A DNA stretch of 64,000 nucleotides, from NCBI GenBank assembly GCA_963755915.1, contig CAVWLP010000002.1, positions 4,832,001-4,896,000 on the forward strand, written 5' to 3'. Within the stretch, counting starts at the first letter, position 1. Each line of letters begins with the position of its first letter. A model generated the notes under the pieces. That model saw only the letters and a program-made list of their open reading frames with translations, made no database searches and was not told the origin of the DNA. The position numbers were made by a program, and so were the translations under genes. This document shows, one piece after another, positions 48,038 to 58,726 of this stretch. This DNA is from an uncultured Phycisphaerales bacterium (GTDB taxonomy: Bacteria; Planctomycetota; Phycisphaerae; Tepidisphaerales; Tepidisphaeraceae).

Positions 48038-49469
48038 ATGAACCCACTTTGGCTTTCGGAAATCCGGCGCAACACCGACAGCGAATTATCGGCCCCTGGC
48101 CCCGACGTCCAGGTCGCCGCCGTCTGCATCGACACCCGCCAGATGTGCCCGCAGTCCCTTTATATCGCCATCCGCGGCGAAAATTTCGACGGCCATCAGT
48201 TCCTCGAGCAAGCCCAGAGCGGTGGTGCTGTCGCCGCGCTCGTCCAGCATATACCGCTAAACGTCCCCCCCGGCCTGCCCCTCCTCCGCGTCCCCGACAC
48301 GCGCAAGGCGATGGGTTTGCTCGCCCGCATCACGTACGCCGCTCGTTTGCCGGAAAAGTCATCGCCATCGCCGGCAGCAACGGCAAAACCGGCACCAAGC
48401 ATCTCGTCGATTCCGTCCTCCGCCAGGGTCGCCGCGGCTCGATCTCCCCCAAAAGCTTCAACAACGACATCGGCGTCCCCCTGGCGATTTTCCCCGCCGA
48501 TCCCAACGCACGATTATCTCGTCCTCGAACTGGGCACCAATCATCCCGGCGAAATCCGCAACGCTCACCCACATCGCCTTGCCGGACATCGCCATCATCA
48601 CCAATTGCTCGGCCGAGCACCTCGAAGGCCTCGGCGATCTCGCCGGTGTTCGCCGCGAAAACGCCAGCATCATCGAAGGGCTCAAACCCCAACGGCACGC
48701 TGATCGTCAACGGCGACGATCCGGCCTCGTGCAAGTCCATCGGCCAATTCCGCGGCGATTGCTCACCTTCGGCTTTCCGCAAGACCAACGAAATCTGTGG
48801 CGTCTCGAATGCCCACACTGCGACTGGGACGGCGTCCATTTCACGATCCAGCCCGCCGGCGTCGAAGCGTTCGTTCCCGCTTCTGGGATTGCACACCGCC
48901 GCCAACGCCCTGGCCGCCGTCGCGGTCGGCCGCGTGATGGGCCTGACCGATGCCCAGATCGTCACGCAGCCTCGCCGCCGCCGACGCGCCCCGAAATGCG
49001 CCTGCAGCGGATGGAAGCCGGCGGCGTGCGAATCCTCAACGACGCCTACAACGCCAACCCCGCCTCGATGAAAGCCGCCATCGAAACGTCTTGCGACTTC
49101 CTCCGCGGCAAGAGGCCGGCGAATCGCCTTCCTCGGCGAAATGCGCGAGATTGGTTCCGCCTCGGCGCAGCTGCCACCGCGAAATCGGCCGATTCGTCGC
49201 GGAAAAATGTCGCCCCGACGTGCATGATATGCGTCGGCCCGAAGCAATCGTGCCATCGCCTCCGAGGCGGTGCAAATTCGGAATGCCCGCCAATCGCGTC
49301 GACCAGTTCCCCGATGCCGCCGCCGCCCAGGCATGTCACCTCGAACCTCGATCCGGGCGACTGGTTTTCTGAAGGCATCCCGCGCCATCGGCCTGGAAGA
49401 AATCTGCCGCGCGATCGTCGCCTGCCGCCGAAACAACACACCGGCCGGAGACCGTCGTGCAACACATGA
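48038..49469 (+). CDS. murF: UDP-MurNAc-pentapeptide synthetase; heavily frameshifted
   Basis: IDTR, GENFDGH, IAGSNGKT.TK, SFNNDIGVP, ELGTNHPGEI, NDAYNANP.SM, KASR. Confidence 0.9.
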
Positions 49470-50645
49470 TCTATCTCCTGATCAAATACGCACTACGCCT
49501 GGCTCGAAGCACACCGCCTTGGTTTCCTGCGGGTATTTAACGACGTCACCTTCCAATCCACCGCCGCCGTGATCCTCAGCTTCGCCCTGGTGATGCTACT
49601 GGGCCCGGGGTCATCCAATGGCTTCGCCGCCAGAAAATCGGCGACGAGCCGGCTTTCGATCAGGCCCAGATGGACGAGATGATGCAGCGGAAAAAGAGGC
49701 ACGCCGACGATGGGCGGCATCCTCATCATCTTCGCCATCGCCATCACCGTCCTGCTCATGGCCGACCTCGAAATTTTTACGTCGCGATGGCCCTCATCTG
49801 CCTGATCTGGCTCGGCGCCGTCGGGGCGGTCGACGACTGGCTGAAGCTGACCACCCATCGCCGCGCCAGCTTCTGCTCCCCGCCGGCCAGCAGGTCAGCC
49901 GTCAGGGCCTCACCTCCCTGGAGAAAATCCTCTTCCAGATCGGCCTGGGGATTCTGCTCTCCTATTTCACCTACTATTACAGCCAGGATCCGCAACAGCC
50001 ACACCCTCTATTTCCCCTTCTTCAAAAATCTCAAGCGAAGTCCCTCATCGCCGCCGATTTCATCATCCTCGGAACGCTCGTCCTCACCGGAACCAGCAAC
50101 GCCGTGAATCTTACGGATGGCCTCGACGGCCTCGCAGCCGGCTGCGCCGGCATCGTCAGCTTCACCTTCCTCATCCTCGCCCTCCTGCAGGGCTACCGCG
50201 TCGGCGGCGGATATCTCGTGGACGTCCTCTTCCTCCCCAGAATCCCCGGCAGCGCGAGATGGCCATCATCGCCGGCGCAATGGTCGGCGCCTGCCTCGGA
50301 TTCCTCTGGTTCAACTGCTCCCCCGCCTCCGTCTTCATGGGCGACACCGGCTCCCTCGCCCTCGGCGGCCTGCTCGGCTACATCGCCGTCGTCATTCGCC
50401 AGGAACTGCTTCTCGTCCTCTGCGGCGGAATCTTCGTCGCCGAAGCCGCTCAGCGTCATCATGCAGGTCGGCTGGTTCAAATACACCAAACGCGATTCGG
50501 CGAAGGCCGCCGGATCTTCCTCATGGCCCCGATCCACCACCATTTCCAACGCAAAGGCTGGGCGGAAACACAGGTGGTGGTCCGCTTCTGGCTCATCGGC
50601 GCGATGCTGGCCATGCTGGCACTGGCGACAATCAAACTCCGCTGA
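49466..50645 (+). CDS. mraY: phospho-N-acetylmuramoyl-pentapeptide transferase; heavily frameshifted
   Basis: TPTMGG, DDWLK, SNAVNLTDGLDGLA, FMGDTGSLALGG, MAPIHHHF, VVVRFW. Confidence 0.93.
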
Positions 50646-50750
50646 GCCGCGACCAAATCACAAATATTTTTTCCCCTATCGCTGGAATGTTTGTAATATG
50701 CCTCCCGGCGGGGTAGATTTTGGGACATCGGTGTTCAGACGGGCCCACCC

Positions 50751-51110
50751 ATGCCGCAGCGCGAACCAGTAAAATTGGCTTTCTCTTTCGAGCAGCGCCC
50801 CACTGGCCTGCTCGTCTCGATGTCCGGCGAGCTTGGCATGCCGCCCAACACTGAAACCCTCCGTTCCGAACTAACCCGCATCACCGAAGCCCATCCGCGC
50901 GTGGTGGTGATCGATCTGTCCGGGCTGACCTTCATGTCCAGCCTCGGCATCGGCCTTCTCGCCGAAGCCCATCGCGGCCTGCGACAGCACGACGGGCGCA
51001 TTCGGCTCTGCGCCCTTCAGCCGCGCGTCATGGAGGTCCTGCAACGCTGCCGCATGACCAAGGTCTTCGAAATATTCGACAATACCGAAGCCGCCTTCGC
51101 CGCAAGCTGA
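50751..51110 (+). CDS. STAS-domain anti-sigma factor antagonist
   Basis: VVIDLSGLTFMSSLGIG..L, RLC.LQPRV.EVL, FEIFD. Confidence 0.88.
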   Translation: MPQREPVKLAFSFEQRPTGLLVSMSGELGMPPNTETLRSELTRITEAHPRVVVIDLSGLTFMSSLGIGLLAEAHRGLRQHDGRIRLCALQPRVMEVLQRCRMTKVFEIFDNTEAAFAAS

Positions 51111-51184
51111 CGAATCGCTTTCACGTTCGACTCATGTTCGTCATGCCTTGCAATTCAGCGCCCTGCGCAGACAACATGCTCTAG

Positions 51185-52003
51185 ATGCCGGATGATTCCA
51201 CGCCCGTCGCCCCCGAGCCGCGCAGCGATTTTGAATGCTGCCTCGTGCTGCCGACCTACAAAGCCGCTAGCTTCATCGAATCGACCGCTCATCGCTTGCG
51301 GGAGTTTCTAAAAGCTCATTCCACATGGTCCGTGCTTTTCGTCTGCGACGGCCAGGTCGATGACACGCAAACGATCCTCGCCCGCCTCATGTCAGACCTC
51401 GCCCACCAGGTCCGCATCGACAGCTACGAAACCAATCGCGGCAAAGGCTACGCACTGCGACGCGGTTTAAGCATGGCCGGCACCCCCTACCGAATTTTCA
51501 CCGATGTCGATCTCGCCTATGACCCTGACGAAGCGATCAAAATCCTGAGCCTTCTCCAAAACGGCGCCGATCTGGCCGTCGCCAACCGCGCCAGCCCCGA
51601 CTCGCTTTTCTGGATGAGCCCCCGCGATTTCCCAACCATTTACCGCCGCCACCTCATGAGCCGCGCCTTCAACTGGTGGCTCCGCCGGATGCTCCCCATA
51701 AAAATCCTCGACACCCAGGCGGGCCTTAAAGGCATCTCCGCGCAAGCCTGGGAAACCATCGCCCCCAAGATCGCCACCGACGGCTTCTTCTTCGACGTCG
51801 AACTGCTCGCCTGGGCCGGCGCGGCGAAAATGCGCATCGACGAAACCCCCATTAAGGTGAAATATATCGACCCCACCACCGTCCGCATGATCAGCCACGG
51901 CTGGAGCATGTTCCGCGACACCCTGAAGCTCAAGCGCCGAATGCGATCCCCTGACGCAAGAGCTGCGTTACTCCCCTCCCCTGGTACTCCGGGGGAGGGA
52001 TAG
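51185..52003 (+). CDS. glycosyltransferase family 2 (polyprenol-phosphate sugar synthase-like)
   Basis: LVLPTY, NRGKGYALR.G, FTDVDLAY, DTQAGLK, FFFDVELL. Confidence 0.88.
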   Translation: MPDDSTPVAPEPRSDFECCLVLPTYKAASFIESTAHRLREFLKAHSTWSVLFVCDGQVDDTQTILARLMSDLAHQVRIDSYETNRGKGYALRRGLSMAGTPYRIFTDVDLAYDPDEAIKILSLLQNGADLAVANRASPDSLFWMSPRDFPTIYRRHLMSRAFNWWLRRMLPIKILDTQAGLKGISAQAWETIAPKIATDGFFFDVELLAWAGAAKMRIDETPIKVKYIDPTTVRMISHGWSMFRDTLKLKRRMRSPDARAALLPSPGTPGEG

Positions 52004-52012
52004 GGTGGGGGT
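51971..52012 (+). repeat. REP copy 4, supplies last codons and stop of the GT2 gene
   Basis: CCCTCCCCTGGTACTCCGGGGGAGGGATAGGGTGGGGG encodes PSPGTPGEG*. Confidence 0.8.
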
Positions 52013-52014
52013 TC

Positions 52015-52872
52015 TTATCTCCCCACCACTCCCGTCGACTCCCGCCCAATCAAATTCACCAGCCGCTTCTCCAGCGGCGGATGGCTCTGAAACAGCTCCG
52101 CGATCGTCCCCATCGAATTCTTCGGCTCCGCGATATACATGCTGTTAAACACCGGGTTCACGTTCATCGGAATCCGCTGATTGGCAAAATGGATTTTCTC
52201 GAGCGCCGTCGCCAGATACCTGGGGTCCCCGGAAATCCGCGCGCCCTCCGAGTCAGCGTTATATTCCCTTGACCGGCTGATGGCGAGTTGCGTGAGCATC
52301 GCCGCGAACGGCGCCAGGACCAAATACAGGAATGCCATACCCCCATCACGCCGGTCCGACCTGCCTCCCATTCCGCCCCACCAGAACATCCACCCAAAGG
52401 CGCTGATCGCCCCGGCAATCGTCGCCGCGACGGAGGTAATCAGAATATCCCGGTGCAGCACATGCGCCAGCTCGTGCGACATCACCCCCGCGATCTCATT
52501 CTCATTCAGCATGTCCAGCAACCCCTGCGTCGCGCAAACCGCGGCATGCTGCGGATTCCGTCCCGTCGCAAACGCATTGGGCGCCTGCTGCGGCGAAACA
52601 TATACCCGCGGCATCGGCAGCCCCGCGCGCGACGCCAGCCGCTGAACGATCTGAAAAAGCGGATGGTCCGGCCCGACTTCTTGCGCTCCCGCGGACGCCA
52701 GCGCAATCTGATCGCTATAAAAATAGCTGGCAAAGTTGGTCGCCGCGGCAATTACCAGCGCGATCACCAGCCCCCGCTCCCCGGCGATCAATTCTCCGCC
52801 GGCCAGGATGATCCCAGTAAGAATCGCTAAAAACAGGCCCGTTTTGATATTGTTATAAAACTGACTCGACAT
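52015..52872 (-). CDS. htpX: HtpX-like M48 zinc metalloprotease
   Basis: PNAFATGRNP, HELAH, ISRSREY.AD, HPP.EKR. Confidence 0.93.
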   Translation of the reverse strand: MSSQFYNNIKTGLFLAILTGIILAGGELIAGERGLVIALVIAAATNFASYFYSDQIALASAGAQEVGPDHPLFQIVQRLASRAGLPMPRVYVSPQQAPNAFATGRNPQHAAVCATQGLLDMLNENEIAGVMSHELAHVLHRDILITSVAATIAGAISAFGWMFWWGGMGGRSDRRDGGMAFLYLVLAPFAAMLTQLAISRSREYNADSEGARISGDPRYLATALEKIHFANQRIPMNVNPVFNSMYIAEPKNSMGTIAELFQSHPPLEKRLVNLIGRESTGVVGR

Positions 52873-53073
52873 ATTTTTGTCCTTCTGACACGATGATAGT
52901 ACGCGCCAAGGGCCAATTTCTGCCCTACAAACCGGCCTCTTGTTTGTAATCCGACAATCGCGCCATCGACATTGATCTCCGCAAAAAATCAGGCGATAAT
53001 CGCTGACGTTGCGGATTTCCGCCCCAATTGACGCGTATACTGTTTACCCGGTGCCATCTCAAAAGGTGAGGCC

Positions 53074-53856
53074 ATGAACCTATCGAAAAAACTCGGCTTG
53101 ATCGCATGCAGTTTCGTTATCACGGGCGGCGTGCGCGGCGCCTTTGGCCAGGCGCAGCCCGCCCAGAACTCCAATGGCAACTCCGGCAACAATCAGTCCA
53201 ACCAGCAGCCCGCGCAGCAGGCTCCGCCGCCGACGCAGTATGACGTCGAGCAGGAACTGAAAACCCTCATGGCCGACCTGGACTATTCGTCTTTTGACGA
53301 GGCCCGGCTGCCCAAGCTCATCCAAAAGGCGTTTACCGATTTCCGCACCGTCAGCCAGGCGATGGACCCCGACCAGGCGCAGCAGTGGCGCCGTGGCGTG
53401 ATGGAGCAATACATCCCCGTCATGCAGCGAAACCAGGCCAAGATTCAAAAGGCGATGCAAACCGCCTTTTTGCTCGACCTGCAGGAGCCGCTAGCTGCAT
53501 CGGACGACGAATTCAACGCCATCCTTCCCGCGCTGGAAAAAGTCGCTGATGCCCAGCGCGAATCGCAAGGCGGCTTCGCCCGATTCCGCCGGCAGTTCGG
53601 CGGCCCCCCCGGCGGGCAGGGCAACACCCAGCAGCCCGGCCAACAGGTTTCGCCTGTCGATCAGGCATCGGAAGACCTGCAGACCGCCCTCGACGACACC
53701 AACAGCAGCGACGACCTGATCAAAAACAAGCTCCAGATTCTCCGCGACGCGAAGGCCAAGGCCACCCAGGACCTTACCATCGCTCGAGATAATCTCCGAT
53801 CGCTCCTGACCATCCGGCAGGAAGCCGTGCTGGTCGAGCGCGGGATGCTGGACTGA
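53074..53856 (+). CDS. secreted hypothetical protein
   Basis: Signal peptide and C-terminal LRSLLTIRQEAVLV..GMLD helical pattern. Confidence 0.78.
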   Translation: MNLSKKLGLIACSFVITGGVRGAFGQAQPAQNSNGNSGNNQSNQQPAQQAPPPTQYDVEQELKTLMADLDYSSFDEARLPKLIQKAFTDFRTVSQAMDPDQAQQWRRGVMEQYIPVMQRNQAKIQKAMQTAFLLDLQEPLAASDDEFNAILPALEKVADAQRESQGGFARFRRQFGGPPGGQGNTQQPGQQVSPVDQASEDLQTALDDTNSSDDLIKNKLQILRDAKAKATQDLTIARDNLRSLLTIRQEAVLVERGMLD

Positions 53857-53857
53857 A

Positions 53858-54165
53858 TTATTTCCTGAGTTTCCGGCCGAGCTTTTTCTCCACCGAGTCC
53901 ACCTTGCTCTCCAGCGCCCCTTGCGCCCTTTCCGCCAATCCATCTTGAGCGTGCAGGAAATCCGATTGCAATCGTCGGCCAGGGCTTCATAACACCTCTG
54001 CACCACAGCCATCACTTCGGGCCACTCGCCCTCGATGCAAGTGCCCAGGGGGCCAAGTTTGTAAGGCAAGCCGCTGCAGTCGACGATGTCGAGGCAGCGT
54101 GCGACGTAGGCGCCCACGCTTTCGCCTTTGTCCATGGGCCAAATGCTGAATTCGGCTAAAAGCAT
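53858..54165 (-). CDS. MTH1187/YkoF-family thiamine-binding protein; frameshift near 3' end
   Basis: MLLAEFSIWPMDKGESVGAYVA..SGLPYKLGPLGTCIEGEW. The shifted frame ends VDSVEKKLGRKLRK*. Confidence 0.85.
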
Positions 54166-54255
54166 TTAGATTCCTCGCTTTCGGTGTTTGGGTTTTACCC
54201 CTTCAATACAAAACTTTACAGTCGGCAGCAGAATGGACAGGATGGGGAGCTGACG

Positions 54256-54993
54256 GTGACCGACCTCTCCTACGAGCCGAAGCCCCCCGCCCTACGCCGC
54301 CGGCGCGTTCAATACCTGGCGGTGTCGCTCGCCATTCTGGCGGCAATTCCGCTTCTCGTTTGGCAAGCGCCACCACTCTTACGCTCCATCGTCTGGCGTT
54401 ACTATTACCACGAAGCGATGAGCCTCTCCGCCCCCGCCTCGCGTGTCGTTTATGATGAAGACCCAGCGAATCAACAAGCACTGCTCACCTCTTCTCCCGA
54501 TTATCGCTTCCTAAACTTCGCCACCAACGGCTGGCTCCCGTTTGTCGCTTGGAACGAGCCGGTCTTACAAAAGATCGAGGATGCCGATGCGAATAAACGT
54601 GTTCCCCCCTTCTGCCTGTTCGCGGGTTGGCGTCAGGCCACGGGCCAGAAGCACTGCCTCCTTCTGGTCTATCCCGCCGGCAATGGCATGCGCTGCGGCC
54701 CCGTCGGTGCTTCAGGCGATATGCAAGTCAAAATCAGCCCCTGGGCTGAAACTATCTCGCCCAACACCAGTATCGACTGCACGATCGGCCTCGTCCCCCT
54801 TGCCGACCGCTCCCTCGCCGACAACGCCAAAACTCCGCTTTACCTGCGCTGCTACGCCGGGCAGAGCGATCCGAACGATTCGTCGCATTTCACGATCGGC
54901 TACACCTTAGGCCCCCAAAGTGGCATCATCGACGGCTACCTCCACGCCGACAATTCCCTCACCCTTCAGGCCCGAGGCGTGCCAAGCCAATGA
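54256..54993 (+). CDS. hypothetical protein with single N-terminal TM
   Basis: LSYEP..RRRR then a hydrophobic helix. C-terminal YAGQSDPNDSSHFTIGY...GIIDGYL. Confidence 0.7.
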   Translation: MTDLSYEPKPPALRRRRVQYLAVSLAILAAIPLLVWQAPPLLRSIVWRYYYHEAMSLSAPASRVVYDEDPANQQALLTSSPDYRFLNFATNGWLPFVAWNEPVLQKIEDADANKRVPPFCLFAGWRQATGQKHCLLLVYPAGNGMRCGPVGASGDMQVKISPWAETISPNTSIDCTIGLVPLADRSLADNAKTPLYLRCYAGQSDPNDSSHFTIGYTLGPQSGIIDGYLHADNSLTLQARGVPSQ

Positions 54994-55159
54994 GCTTGGG
55001 CACACCGGGAAATAATGGGGGGCACTTCCTCAAGTGAGCCCCTTTGTGATCCCCGTCCCACTGGGAAAGGCTGCCGATCTGTGTAGACGCGAATTATCTT
55101 TGCCGCGACGGCAAGCCCAGATACGATCTTCTACGATCGATTCAAAGGGCCAAGCAACC

Positions 55160-57946
55160 ATGCAGTCAGCCAAACCCACGACTGTTTTCCTTAGCGCCGC
55201 CAGCGCCGATCTTGAGGTTTGGCGCGACCATATTCATCAGGCGCTCCAGCAGGCCGGGTGCCGAGTGCTGACGCAGAAGCAGAGCTTTAGCGCCGCGACA
55301 GCGACGGTCCTTGAACTGCTTCGCGACCACATAGATCAGAGCGATTTTGTGATTCACCTTGCCGGGATTTATTACGGGTAGGAGCCTGAGGAGCCCCCTT
55401 TTCCCAGCGAACCTCACTTCAAATGCTCCTTTACACAGTTCGAGTATTACTATGGCTGCCTGCAGAATAAAAAGGTAATCGCCTTCGTCTGCGACGAGCG
55501 ATTTCCCTTTAAGCCCTACACGGAGGTTGGAGAAGGCCCCGATCCCGCCGCCGACCGCGAGCGCCGCCGACTGCTGCAGGCCGCCCACCGTGAACGCCTA
55601 ACGCACGGGCGTACGGCCGGCACGCCCCTGGCGCATCAACCACGCCGAGCGTCTCACGCGGCGATTGCTGACACCGCCGATCTGCTCAAAAGCATTTGCG
55701 CCGCACTCGGAACGATCTACGCGCACCACGCCCAAATACCCGCCGATCTCGCCGCCGCACAAGCCAACCTGACCGCCCGGGCCAGCCTCCACCAGCTCCC
55801 CGCCCGCCCCGAGGATTTCGTCGGCCGCACCGCCGATCTCGAGAAACTCCGCGCCGCTCGAAAATTCGCCGCCGCTTCGATCAGCGGCATCAAGGGAATG
55901 GGCGGCATCGGCAAAACCGCCCTCGCCCTCGTCCTCGCCCACGAATGGCTCCCCGATTTCCCCGACGCCCAAATCATGCTGAATGGCCAGGGCATCAGCG
56001 TCAATCCCCCTTCCGCCGCCGACCTCCTCGCCCAGATCCTCCACGCCTTCCACCCCGCCGCCAAACTCCCAGAAGCGGCGGAAGAATTGCAAAGGCTCTA
56101 TCAGCAAACGCACACCGGCAAGCGCACCCTGATCCTCGTAGACAACGCCAAGGACGCCGGTCAGGCCCGCCCGCTCATCCCGCCCCCGGGCTCCGCGCTG
56201 ATCGTCACCTCGCGGCAGAGCTTCCCAATCGGCACAGTCTCGGCAATCCGTCTCGGCGAGTTGCCCCTCGATGAAGCGGTCGCCATGCTCCGCGCCTTCT
56301 ATCCGAAACTGGCTGACGGCGATGCTGCCGCGCTCGCCGAATTCTGCGCAAACCTTCCCCTTGCCCTTAAACTGACTGGCACTCAGCTAATGCTTGACGC
56401 CTCCGACCGCGGCACTGCCGACGTCACTGGGTACCTCAACCGCCTCAGCACCGGCCGCCTAGCAACCCTCGATGCCGGCGCCGCCGACGCCGGCGAGATC
56501 GCCATCTCCGAAACCCTCCGCCTCAGTGAAGACGCCCTCATCCCGCACCTTCGCCAGACTTGGCGAAAGCTGGGTGTTTTCCCCGCCCCCTTCGATGCCC
56601 CCGCCGCCCTAGCCATCGCAGGCGCGGATGACGCCGCTCTTCAAACCCTGCTGCGCCGCGGCCTCATCGAAGCCTACGGTCCGCGATACCGCGTTCACGA
56701 TCTGGCTGCCGAATATGCACGCGAAAAACTCAGCCCAGACGTTCTCACGCGCATTCGGCTGGCCCACGCCAACCATTACTGCGCGGTGCTCGAAAAATGC
56801 GATGAACTCTATTTGTCGGGCGCTGCTAGCGTCAACGCAGGCATGGCGCTATTCGATACCGAGCGGGTCCAAATTCAGGCCGCCCACGCCTGGCTTCTAA
56901 CCGTCACAGAATCTGAAGCGCCGAGTCGCGAGCGCGATGAACTCCTGATCGAATACACTAACGCCGGGGTTTATGTTCTCGATCTCCGCCAGCATCCGCG
57001 CGAACGACTTGCCTGGCTAGAAGCCGCCCTCGTCGCTGCCCGGCGATTAAAGCAGCGCGCGGCCGAGGCTGTCTTCCTAGGCAACCTCGGCAACGCTTGG
57101 TGCGCAGCTCGGCGAATCGCGGAAGGGGATTGGAATTCTGGAGCAAGCGTTGGCGATCGAACACGAGCTCGGAAACCGGCGCTGGGAGGGCGACCTCCTA
57201 TGTGGCATCGGCATCGCCTGGTACCTTCTAGGCGATGCGCGGAAAGCCGCGGAGTTTCACGAGCGCGCGTTAGTAATCGCCCGCGAGATTGGCGACCAAC
57301 GAGGCGAGGCGAACGCCTTGGGCAACCTCGGCAACGCTCGCTATGCCCTCGGCGATGCGCAAAAGGCCAGTAGGCTCTTCGAGGAGCAACTGATCATTGC
57401 CCGCAAGATCGGCGACCGGCGCCGCGAGGGGAGCGCCTAGGCAGCCTCGGCATGGCTTGGAACGCCCTCGGCGAAACGCGGAAGGCCATCGGGTTTCACG
57501 AGCAGCGAATGGAAATCGCCCGCGAGATCGGTGACCGAGCTGGCGAGGCGAACGCGCTGGGCAGCCTCGGTAATGCATGGCACGCCTTAGGCGATACGCG
57601 GAAGGCGATCGACTTTTATGAACAGGCGTTGGCAATCGCCCGCGCGATCGGCGACCGACGCGGGGAGGGCAACTCCCTGGGCAACCTCGGCGCCGCCTGG
57701 TCCAATCTAGGCGAAGCGCGCAAGGCCATCGATTTTTTCGACGAGGCGTTGGCGATCGCTCGCGAGATCGGCAACCGGCAGGGGGAAGGGACCGCATTGT
57801 TCAACTCTGCATCCCAACACGAATCGCTCGGCGAAATTGCCGCGGCCCTTTCCCGTGCGGAACAGGCTTTTGCGGTCTTTACCGCCATCGAATCACCCAA
57901 TGCCGAAGCGGCCCGCCAACTGATCGCCCGCCTCCGATCCCCATAA
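55160..57946 (+). CDS. NLR-like protein: DUF4062-like effector + NB-ARC/STAND ATPase + TPR; in-frame TAG at 55379 and two indels
   Basis: VFLSAASADL...SDFVIHLAG.YYG and SFTQFEY. STAND motifs FVGR, GMGGIGKT, LILVDNA, LIVTSR, LPLAL, VHDL. About 40-aa TPRs (REIGDRRGE.NALGNLG). Confidence 0.85.
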
Positions 57947-58109
57947 GCCGAACCCCGCGAATTAATCGGGCGAATGAACCGGGGCGGCGAATGAAGCGGA
58001 ACGGAAGCGGTTCTCCCGCACCGAGAATCCTTGACGGATATCTCAGGGCCCGATGGTAGCCCCATAAGAATTCCTTGACTTCACGCTGTCCGGTTATAAT
58101 TCGCCCACC

Positions 58110-58601
58110 GTGTCCCGCCACATCACCATCAACGGCCACACTTACGCCAGCGTGAATGAAATGCCCCCCGACGTTCGCCGGCAGTACGAATCGGCGCTGC
58201 AGACGCTGCTCAAAACCGGCGGCGATATCGCTCGCGATGCGGCAAGCTCGGACGTCAACATCTCCACGCAAAACGCCGATCCTCTACATCTCACATCTCA
58301 AACCGTCACGCAAATGGCGGCCAGCCGGATCGTCGTAAACGGCAGAGAGTATTCCCGCTGGGAAGACGTCCCCCCCGCCGCCCGCGCGGCTTTCCAACGC
58401 GCCGGGATGGACGCAAGCCTCCAGAACATTGCCAACCAGGAATCGCTGCCGGCACAAACCAGTTATCAGGCGAATGTCGGCAACACGAGCGTATCCTTCA
58501 ATTCCTCCGGGAACGTCACCATGGGGTTGGGGATGTTTATCGTTCTGCTGCTGCTTGCGGTCGTGGGGGGTTTGCTCATCGGGTGGAAATTCCTGCACTG
58601 A
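58110..58601 (+). CDS. hypothetical protein with two internal repeats and C-terminal TM
   Basis: ITINGHTYASVNEMPPDVR and IVVNGREYSRWEDVPPAAR, hydrophobic C-terminus. Confidence 0.75.
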   Translation: MSRHITINGHTYASVNEMPPDVRRQYESALQTLLKTGGDIARDAASSDVNISTQNADPLHLTSQTVTQMAASRIVVNGREYSRWEDVPPAARAAFQRAGMDASLQNIANQESLPAQTSYQANVGNTSVSFNSSGNVTMGLGMFIVLLLLAVVGGLLIGWKFLH

Positions 58602-58726
58602 TCTCGGCGAGAGCGACCTTAAAGGCGGTATAAATCCCCCGGAAGGATCGCCAAATTGGCGGCCCCGCAAATCCCAGCCGCCGCAGCGGCCGAATTGCGA
58701 TGGATTCACGGTATGATAGGTAAACC

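Noticed and set aside
54166-54255. TPP riboswitch upstream of the thiamine-binding-family gene
   Set aside because: No CTGAGA or related TPP core, and the gap is too short.
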